From NCBI GenBank assembly GCA_030765235.1, contig JAVCCW010000025.1, positions 240 through 64,239 of the forward strand: a DNA stretch of 64,000 nt. Reading direction: 5' to 3'. Origin of the DNA: Candidatus Gorgyraea atricola. GTDB lineage: Bacteria; Omnitrophota; Gorgyraeia; Gorgyraeales; Gorgyraeaceae. The notes beneath the pieces were generated by a model, which was not told where the DNA came from, searched no databases, and saw nothing but the letters and a program-made list of their open reading frames with translations. The position numbers and the translations under genes are program-made. The first letter of the stretch is position 1, and the number at the start of each line of letters is the position of its first letter. Shown in pieces: positions 57,332 through 64,000 of the stretch.

Positions 57332-58772
57332 GATAGAAAAGATAGATAACTATCGCTGGAAAATACCTACCTCTTACAAGCAAGGCATGAAAGTTCCTGG
57401 CGTTATCTACGCAAGCGAATGTCTTCTTCCTGAAATCCTCAAAGACAAGGCACCTGAACAAGTAGCAAATGTTGCATTCCTGCCAGGCATAGTTAAATAT
57501 TCTCTTGCCATGCCTGATATCCATTGGGGCTATGGTTTTTCAATAGGCGGCGTAGCAGCTACAGATCCTAAAGAAAACGGTGTGATTTCACCAGGAGGAG
57601 TAGGCTATGACATAAATTGTGGAGTACGACTTCTGCGAAGTGACTTAACAGCTCAAGATATAAAACCAAAATTGCAAAATTTGATCAACAGTTTATTTAG
57701 CAATGTTCCATGCGGCGTTGGTTCAAGCGGTGATATTAGAGTAAGCGACAAAGAAGAGACCGAGATTTTTTTAAAAGGTGCTGGATGGGCTGTTAAAAAA
57801 GGTTATGGCGTAAAAGAGGATCTTGAATATACAGAAAATAAAGGCTGTATGGAGGGCGCAGATCCAGATAAGGTTTCTGACAGGGCATACGAAAGAGGAA
57901 GAAAACAATCAGGAACGCTTGGTTCAGGCAATCATTTCTTAGAAATCCAGGTAGTAGACGAGGTTTACGACGATAAAATCGCAAATATCTTTGGACTTTT
58001 TAAAGGCCAGGCTACAGTTATGATCCATTCTGGTTCACGCGGTCTTGGCTACCAGGTGTGTGATGATTATGTAAAAGGTATGGTGAGATGTTTAGGTAAA
58101 TATAATATAAATGTGCCTGACAGACAACTTGCATGTGCGCCCCTGGATTCTCCAGAAGGAAAGGCATATTTTTCTGCCATGAAATGCGCCGCGAATTATG
58201 CGTGGAGCAATAGACAATGCCTTATGTATCTTGCAAGAGAGATCTTTGAGAAGGTCTTTAGCAAAAGCTGGAGTGATCTGGGCCTACATCTTGTATATGA
58301 CGTAGCGCATAACATTGCAAAGATGGAGAGACACATTGTCGACGGCAAAGAAAAGACATTATGTGTTCACAGAAAGGGTGCTACACGAGCATTTCCGCCG
58401 CATCATCCAGATATTCCAGAAAGGTACAAAGAAACAGGCCAGCCAGTGATTATTCCAGGAGATATGGGTAGTTTTTCTTACATTCTTGCAGGTACTAAAG
58501 GCTCTATGCAAGAAACCTTTGGCTCGACCTGCCATGGCGCAGGAAGACGTATGTCTCGTTCTGCTGCAATAAGAAAATGCAGCGGCAGAAGAATAGATAA
58601 GGAATTATTTGACAGAAGTGGTATAATAGTTAGAGCTAAAGGCAGGTCTACTTTAGCCGAAGAAGCGCCAGAGGCATACAAAGATGTTGAGGCAGTAGTG
58701 GATGTAGTGCACCAGGCAGGCATCTCAAAAAAGATCGCCAGGATGAAACCACTTGGCGTAATCAAAGGATAA
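57321..58772 (+). CDS. rtcB: RNA-splicing ligase RtcB (3'-phosphate / 5'-hydroxyl RNA ligase)
   Basis: ...GYDINCG..., ...STCHGAGRRMSR...; 483 aa. Confidence 0.88.
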   Translation: MMYKIEKIDNYRWKIPTSYKQGMKVPGVIYASECLLPEILKDKAPEQVANVAFLPGIVKYSLAMPDIHWGYGFSIGGVAATDPKENGVISPGGVGYDINCGVRLLRSDLTAQDIKPKLQNLINSLFSNVPCGVGSSGDIRVSDKEETEIFLKGAGWAVKKGYGVKEDLEYTENKGCMEGADPDKVSDRAYERGRKQSGTLGSGNHFLEIQVVDEVYDDKIANIFGLFKGQATVMIHSGSRGLGYQVCDDYVKGMVRCLGKYNINVPDRQLACAPLDSPEGKAYFSAMKCAANYAWSNRQCLMYLAREIFEKVFSKSWSDLGLHLVYDVAHNIAKMERHIVDGKEKTLCVHRKGATRAFPPHHPDIPERYKETGQPVIIPGDMGSFSYILAGTKGSMQETFGSTCHGAGRRMSRSAAIRKCSGRRIDKELFDRSGIIVRAKGRSTLAEEAPEAYKDVEAVVDVVHQAGISKKIARMKPLGVIKG

Positions 58773-58782
58773 GGAAAGAGTC

Positions 58783-60036
58783 ATGTTAGACATAAAATTT
58801 ATCAGAGAAAACCCAGATATAGTAAAAAAGGCAATAAAGAATAGAGGTCTTAAGATAGACATAAAGGAACTCCTGGATCTAGATGCCGAACGCCGTAAAA
58901 TTCTGGCAGAGGTAGAGGTTCTAAAGTCAGACAAGAACAAGGTCTCTAAGGGTGGGAAGCCCAGCCCAGACGTCATAGCTAATATGAAGGCTATATCCCA
59001 AAAAGTAGCTGATTTAGATGGTAAGGTGGGGCAAATTAGCCAAAAAATAAGCACTTTAATGCTTAACATCCCAAATATACCCCATAAATCCATACCTGTG
59101 GGGAGGCCAGAAGCCAATAAGGTGGTTCGTAAGTGGGGAAACATCCCTAAATTTGACTTTAAACCTAAGAGCCACATAGAGTTAGGACAAAATCTCGACA
59201 TATTAGATTTCCCTCGCTCAGCCAAGATATCTGGTTCAGGGTTTTGCCTCTTTAAGGGAATGGGTGCCCAACTCGAAAGAGCGCTTATTAACTTTATGCT
59301 GGATCTCCACACAAAGGAGCATGGGTATAAGGAGGTATTTCCGCCATTCTTAGTTAACAGAGCCAGCATGACAGCTACAGGCCAGCTGCCTAATCTAGAG
59401 GAAGACATGTATCGCCTAAAGGATGATGACCTGTTTCTTATCCCTACAGCAGAGGTACCTGTGACAAATATGCACAGGGATGAAGTATTGGATGAGGGAA
59501 AACTACCTACCTACTATACTGCATATACAGCGTGTTTCAGGCGAGAGGCAGGCTCATACGGCAAAGATACAAAGGGCCTTATGAGGGTGCACCAGTTTGA
59601 CAAGATAGAAATGGTTAAGTTCGTAAAGCCAGACTCGTCTTATGACGAACTCGAGAGTTTATTGAAATGCGCGGAAGAAGTGCTTAAAAGATTGAAACTT
59701 TCTTATCGCGTAATAATGCTTTCAACAGGCGATATAAGCTTTGCTACCTCTAAATGCTATGATATCGAGGCATGGGCTCCAGGTATTGAGAAAAATCTTG
59801 AGGTCTCCAGCTGCAGTAATTTCACAGATTTTCAGGCGCGGAGAGCAAACATAAAATATAGACCAAAGGATAAGAAAAAGTTAGAATATGTCCATACGCT
59901 TAATGGTTCTGGTATTGCGCTAGCCAGGACAGTCATCGCAATAATAGAAAATTATCAAGAGAAAGACGGCAGCATCTTAATACCAGAGGTACTCAGGCCG
60001 TATATGAATGGCCGCGAGAAGATCACCAAAGAATAG
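58783..60036 (+). CDS. serS: Seryl-tRNA synthetase
   Basis: MLDIKFIRENPDIVKKAIKNRG...; class II motifs FRRE and GSGIALARTV. Confidence 0.9.
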   Translation: MLDIKFIRENPDIVKKAIKNRGLKIDIKELLDLDAERRKILAEVEVLKSDKNKVSKGGKPSPDVIANMKAISQKVADLDGKVGQISQKISTLMLNIPNIPHKSIPVGRPEANKVVRKWGNIPKFDFKPKSHIELGQNLDILDFPRSAKISGSGFCLFKGMGAQLERALINFMLDLHTKEHGYKEVFPPFLVNRASMTATGQLPNLEEDMYRLKDDDLFLIPTAEVPVTNMHRDEVLDEGKLPTYYTAYTACFRREAGSYGKDTKGLMRVHQFDKIEMVKFVKPDSSYDELESLLKCAEEVLKRLKLSYRVIMLSTGDISFATSKCYDIEAWAPGIEKNLEVSSCSNFTDFQARRANIKYRPKDKKKLEYVHTLNGSGIALARTVIAIIENYQEKDGSILIPEVLRPYMNGREKITKE

Positions 60037-60696
60037 ATGCTTATAAAGATACTGCGTTTTATAGGAAGCATCTTGCTTATCCCTGCATGCGTAGCGCTCA
60101 CCACGAGTTTCTACAAAGGGATAATATCAATAAAATACGTTTCAGAATCAGGGATTCTTTTTATATTAGGCGCATTAGCCTATTCTGTTCTGCACCTGGT
60201 CTTTGTCAAACTTGATTTTTTATATGTCCTTGGACACGAACTTACGCATGCGATAGCAACATTTTTTTCAGGCGGAAAAGTCAAAGGCATGAAAGTATCC
60301 AGTAGAGGCGGCAGTATAAGGACTACCACGCCCAATCTTTTTGTTGCCCTGGCGCCGTATCTTATTCCAGGGTATACAGTTTTTATAGCGCTTTTGTATT
60401 TTTTATTATCGTTCTTTACAGATGTAGACAGGTTTTCAGGCATTTTTATATTTCTAATAGGTTTTACTCTTATGTTCCATCTCTCTTACACTGCGCAGTC
60501 CATAAGAGAGAAGCAATCAGATTTGATTAAGTCAGGATATTTATTCTCTATATCCTTTTTGTACATAGTTAATCTTGTAATTGTATTTGCGATAGTAAGC
60601 TTTTTGTTCAATGTATCTTTTACGAATTTTTTGTCAGAGGCTTATGAGGGATCAAAACAGTTTTACTGTTATTCCTGGAAGCAGTTGTTTTTGTGA
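60037..60696 (+). CDS. Polytopic membrane protein with an HExxH motif (YVLGHELTHAIA); putative membrane-embedded zinc metallopeptidase-like protein
   Basis: Start abuts the serS stop codon; 5-6 TM helices; the HExxH lies after the first TM pair. Confidence 0.6.
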   Translation: MLIKILRFIGSILLIPACVALTTSFYKGIISIKYVSESGILFILGALAYSVLHLVFVKLDFLYVLGHELTHAIATFFSGGKVKGMKVSSRGGSIRTTTPNLFVALAPYLIPGYTVFIALLYFLLSFFTDVDRFSGIFIFLIGFTLMFHLSYTAQSIREKQSDLIKSGYLFSISFLYIVNLVIVFAIVSFLFNVSFTNFLSEAYEGSKQFYCYSWKQLFL

Positions 60697-60714
60697 AGAA
60701 GGTCCTTCGACGCG

Positions 60715-60739
60715 CCAAATAATGCTTCGCATTATTTGG
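60715..60739 (+). repeat. Hairpin ccaaataatg-cttcg-cattatttgg upstream of tRNA-Ser(GGA); shares its arm sequence with the hairpin at 60898-60929 downstream of the tRNA
   Basis: Read directly. Confidence 0.6.
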
Positions 60740-60771
60740 CTTGCTCAGGATCAATTTTGCTTCGCAAAATT

Positions 60772-60862
60772 GGAGAGATCGCATAGCCTGGCCTAGTGCG
60801 CGCGCTTGGAAAGCGCGTAGACGGGCAACCGTCTCCAGGGTTCGAATCCCTGTCTCTCCGCC
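60772..60862 (+). tRNA. tRNA-Ser (anticodon GGA), long variable arm, CC encoded
   Basis: Acceptor ggagaga/tctctcc, anticodon stem cgcgc/gcgcg with loop ttGGAaa, variable stem gacgg...ccgtc, T-arm caggg-TTCGAAT-ccctg. Confidence 0.8.
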
Positions 60863-60897
60863 GAATTTGCCGAAGGCAAATTCGATCCCGAGCAAGT

Positions 60898-60929
60898 CAA
60901 ATAATGTGACGAATAGGAACATTATTTGG
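60898..60929 (+). repeat. Hairpin caaataatg-tgacgaataggaa-cattatttgg downstream of tRNA-Ser(GGA)
   Basis: Same 9-10-bp arms as 60715-60739. Confidence 0.6.
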
Positions 60930-60982
60930 CGTGTCGAGGGACATCTTGCGACGTTTGTGTAATGTGGAAGGTGTAATGTGTA

Positions 60983-62434
60983 ATGAAAAAATTTAGTTTA
61001 ATCACAATTTTTATTCTTCTACTTGGTATCGTAGCCATATTCTATATACAATTTCTCACCCCCACACTATATGGGGCGGATGGGTATTTGCATATTAGGA
61101 TGGCTGAGTTTTTGCGGGATCTTGGGCCGAGGTATGATTTTCACTGGGCAAGGTACTCTACCTTTAGCGAGAATTTTTCAGACAAGGATTTTCTGTTTCA
61201 CACGCTTTTAGTTCCATTTACAGGTTTTGAAAATATATTCTATGGCGCCAAGCTCGCGGCAGCATTATTTGCAGCGCTTTTGTTCTTTGTATTTTACCTG
61301 ATACTTAGGAAATATTCTGATAGGATCGTCTTGCCGTTTTTCCTTATCTTATTTTTCTTCTCAGACATGTTCTTGCAGGCAATATCCAGACCCAGGCCTA
61401 TCTCTCTCGTAATTTTAATAAGTTTAGTTGCCATACATCTTGTTATAAAAAAGCGGCATGGCCTGCTATTTTTGGTGGCACTTCTCTATAGTCTCGGCCA
61501 TATTACAAGCCCTTTAATCATTATCTACGCGTTAATAGTCGAGATTGTAAGATATGCAGATAAAAAGGAATTTTGCGCAAAGACGCTTCTTGTCGCATTT
61601 TCAGGCGTAGCGTTGGGTTTTCTAATTCATCCAAATGTCCCGAATAATTTCCTTCAATTTTATTTAAACTCGATTCTTGTACCGCTTTATACGATGAAGA
61701 CAGGTATCCTTGAGCTGGGTGCTGAGTTTTTCCCGATTAATACGCGGCAGTTTCTTTTAGGTTACCCGGTTATAGTAATAGGTGTAATTACTTTAATATT
61801 CGTTGGTATTTCTAAAAGGCCAAAGATCAGATTTGAGACCAAGGTATTTCTGACGCTGGGCATGGTATTTTTCATACTTTCTTTTATCTGTAGGCGCTAT
61901 CTCTTGCATGGTTATCCGATAATGCTCGTAGCCCTTGCATCATATTGTTCAGATTCTGAAATAAAAAACATCAGCAAAAAGGCAACTGTCTTTATAGTCG
62001 CTGGAATGCTGCTCTTAGGTTTTAATTCCTTTAAAGCTGTCAGATATAACGGCCTTGTTACAAAGATCGTAAACACGCACTACGAGAGATTCGGCAAGTG
62101 GATGAAAGACTATATTCCAGATGAAAAACTCATATTCCACGCCAACTGGTCTGATTCGCAATATTTCATAGGACTAAATCCAGACAATGATTACTTCGTC
62201 ACACTCGACCCTGTTTACATGTATAAGTGGAATCCAGAGCTTTACAAGTTGTACAGGGATGTCTCATTTGGAAATACTGACAATCCTTATGCTATACTAA
62301 AGAATAAATTTAAGATAAAATACGGCTACGTAGGCAAAAACTATTTCAAGGGCCTGATCGAACAAATAAAAGCAGATTCCAGATTCACAATACTAACCGA
62401 AGACAACTTCGGCATAATTTTTACACTAACATAA
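60983..62434 (+). CDS. Polytopic integral membrane protein, GT-C-fold glycosyltransferase-like (speculative)
   Basis: 483 aa; more than 10 predicted TM helices; the start codon is embedded in gtgtaatgt repeats (60955-60990). Confidence 0.6.
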   Translation: MKKFSLITIFILLLGIVAIFYIQFLTPTLYGADGYLHIRMAEFLRDLGPRYDFHWARYSTFSENFSDKDFLFHTLLVPFTGFENIFYGAKLAAALFAALLFFVFYLILRKYSDRIVLPFFLILFFFSDMFLQAISRPRPISLVILISLVAIHLVIKKRHGLLFLVALLYSLGHITSPLIIIYALIVEIVRYADKKEFCAKTLLVAFSGVALGFLIHPNVPNNFLQFYLNSILVPLYTMKTGILELGAEFFPINTRQFLLGYPVIVIGVITLIFVGISKRPKIRFETKVFLTLGMVFFILSFICRRYLLHGYPIMLVALASYCSDSEIKNISKKATVFIVAGMLLLGFNSFKAVRYNGLVTKIVNTHYERFGKWMKDYIPDEKLIFHANWSDSQYFIGLNPDNDYFVTLDPVYMYKWNPELYKLYRDVSFGNTDNPYAILKNKFKIKYGYVGKNYFKGLIEQIKADSRFTILTEDNFGIIFTLT

Positions 62435-62444
62435 AGTTATTTTC

Positions 62445-62534
62445 GGAGAGGTGGCAGAGCGGCCGAATGCGGTGGTCTTGAAAACCATTATGGGCTTACG
62501 CTCATCGGGGGTTCGAATCCCTCCCTCTCCGCCA
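62445..62534 (+). tRNA. tRNA-Ser (anticodon TGA), long variable arm, CCA encoded
   Basis: Acceptor ggagagg/cctctcc, anticodon loop cTTGAaa, variable arm ttatgggcttacgctcat, T-arm ggggg-TTCGAAT-ccctc. Confidence 0.8.
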
Positions 62535-62537
62535 TGT

Positions 62538-62571
62538 GTCATTGCGAGGGCATGAAATGCCCGAAGCAATC
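62538..62571 (+). repeat. Palindromic repeat family GTCATTGCGAGG...CCGAAGCAATC, copy iv
   Basis: gtcattgcgagggcatgaaatgcccgaagcaatc. Confidence 0.65.
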
Positions 62572-62705
62572 CCACCAAATCATCATAACCCCTATATTTT
62601 CCAAGCACATATAACATCAGCTGACCTCAGCTAACATCAGTTTTCATCAGGCATACTTTGTCCATTTTTTGACATTTATGTGGTGGAAATGTGGTGGCCT
62701 TCTTC

Positions 62706-62754
62706 TGTCATTGCGAGTCCCTCGGCTTCACTCGGGATAAACTCCGCGAAGCAG
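62706..62754 (+). repeat. Palindromic repeat family, long copy v
   Basis: About 85% identical to the reverse complement of 10660-10709. Confidence 0.65.
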
Positions 62755-62835
62755 CCTCTATTAAAATATCTGAACATTACTGGGCTAATAAGATTTAATA
62801 GAGGCTTCATACGAATAATATTGCAAGAAACCGTT

Positions 62836-62922
62836 TTCTGTGGTATACTTATTATATAAGATGTTACCCTTAAAGCGAATGTAACTTTTACCAAAAATAA
62901 AGGCTATTTTTTTATCTGCATT
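62836..62922 (+). promoter_or_regulatory. Promoter/leader module of paralog P3 (tgtgGtatacttaTtatatAAG; aaaggctattttttt; gcattATG)
   Basis: Partial conservation with 1555-1621 and 9190-9261. Confidence 0.45.
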
Positions 62923-64000
62923 ATGATTAACTTTAAAAAAGCCTACTATTTGAAGATTATAGCTATAACAGTGACTGTGTTTTTGTTTTTTAACACTACA
63001 GTCTACGGTACAGATCTATCTGATATAAAACAGCTTAGAATTCCCCTTTCATCTTGCAGTAAGGGGAGACTTAGTAAAGCTTATGAAAGTTTCAGAAGGA
63101 CAAAGGAGAAATTAGGTACATTTTCTTATGTTGCAAACGGTAGAGACCAGGAACAAGAGCAGGGTAATAGAAATACTACCTCTTCTCAAAGACAACAATC
63201 TCAGCCTATTTTAAAGTCTTTTTCAAAATCCCTTTTTGGCCGCACGCCTTTTAGGTATAGAGCCTTTTTGTTTTTCATGCCAGGCCTCTTTACCTTTATG
63301 TCTATTTTAGATTTAAATGCCAATGCACTTTCATATACTCCAGCACCAGTTAGTTCTGTTGAAGTGGTAGAAGTTATTACTTATCAAGAGCAGCAAAGTC
63401 AAAAAGTAACACAGGAAAAGATAGATAGGTTAATAAAACAGTTAGACGAAGATACTACGCGAGATACTGCTATAGATAAGCTAGTCAAAATCGGAGAACC
63501 CGCAGTAAATCCTCTTATTGAATCATTGAGGAATATGGACAGCCCCGTAATTGGCGCCCGCATACCCACTATCATTGCCTTAGGTCTAATAGGCCATGAA
63601 AGAGCAGTAAAACGTCTCATTGAATTATTGGAAAGTCAGAGGTACCCTATTCGCGAAGCCGCAGACACTGCTTTAGTCAAGATAGGCGAACCCGCAGTTT
63701 CTGCTCTAACCAAGGAATTAAATTCAGATGATTGGTGGGTTCAGAAAACAATTGCCCGCATACTCGGCGATATAGGCGACTCTCGATCAGCCCCTGCATT
63801 AATAAAGGTATTGGGCGATAAAAATTCAGGTGTTCGAGAAAATGCCGCAAAAGCTCTTGGCAAGATAGCCGATACTCAAACACTTTCTGCCTTATTTAAC
63901 GAAATAACCAATGAGAGCTCTTCTATCAGAGAACATGCTAAGGAAGTCATTATTAATGTCAGCGGGAAATCCGCAGTTTACTTAACGAATGTCCTCTCCA
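62923..64000 (+). CDS. Paralog family member P3: signal-anchored HEAT-repeat (PBS-lyase-like) protein, partial (continues beyond the window)
   Basis: No stop codon through 64000 (translated by hand); N-terminus MINFKKAYYLKIIAITVTVFLFFNTTVYGTDLSDIKQLRIPL; repeated ...GEPAV..L...L.D.....R..A...LG.IGD... HEAT-like units. Confidence 0.65.
   Translation, partial: MINFKKAYYLKIIAITVTVFLFFNTTVYGTDLSDIKQLRIPLSSCSKGRLSKAYESFRRTKEKLGTFSYVANGRDQEQEQGNRNTTSSQRQQSQPILKSFSKSLFGRTPFRYRAFLFFMPGLFTFMSILDLNANALSYTPAPVSSVEVVEVITYQEQQSQKVTQEKIDRLIKQLDEDTTRDTAIDKLVKIGEPAVNPLIESLRNMDSPVIGARIPTIIALGLIGHERAVKRLIELLESQRYPIREAADTALVKIGEPAVSALTKELNSDDWWVQKTIARILGDIGDSRSAPALIKVLGDKNSGVRENAAKALGKIADTQTLSALFNEITNESSSIREHAKEVIINVSGKSAVYLTNVLS

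Overview
This 64-kb window is a gene-dense chromosomal segment from a diderm (Gram-negative-type) bacterium. Almost all genes are on the + strand. Conserved housekeeping blocks run in this order: recQ; a DnaQ-like exonuclease; U32 peptidase; hisG; split transketolase tktA/tktB; ispE-spoVG-[tRNA-Gln]-glmU-prs-rplY(ctc)-pth; rpsF-ssb-rpsR-rplI-dnaB; bamA-skp-lpxD-lpxC/fabZ-lpxA-lpxI; a GAF-ANTAR regulator-queF-glnA; a cation/H+ antiporter; gdhA; carB; DUF1846; a PurF-like protein; a HI0933-like flavoprotein; mnmG; guaA; the divergent pair lpxB/Gfo-Idh-MocA (minus strand) and msbA; rpsB-tsf-pyrH-frr-[tRNA-Lys]-archease-rtcB-serS; and a membrane segment holding two tRNA-Ser genes. Accessory-like regions lie at about 1-4350, 9110-10730, 33370-34840 and 60037-64000. 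They contain a three-member paralog family that shares a promoter, leader and N-terminal signal module but carries different C-terminal domains (an HExxH domain, a P-loop NTPase domain and HEAT repeats). They also contain an HTH-Fic protein, three copies of a tRNA-like 3' fragment, a tyrosine-integrase C-terminal remnant, and several families of small palindromic repeats (REP/MITE-like), some of which generate spurious ORFs. The strongest candidate system is an ANTAR antitermination circuit. It consists of a GAF-ANTAR protein encoded next to queF-glnA and a dual-hexaloop (AAAGGU) two-hairpin RNA motif that overlaps an intrinsic terminator in the gdhA 5' leader. No CRISPR array, rRNA or complete mobile element is present. 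Everything here was inferred by eye from the sequence and the supplied ORF translations. No database search was run.
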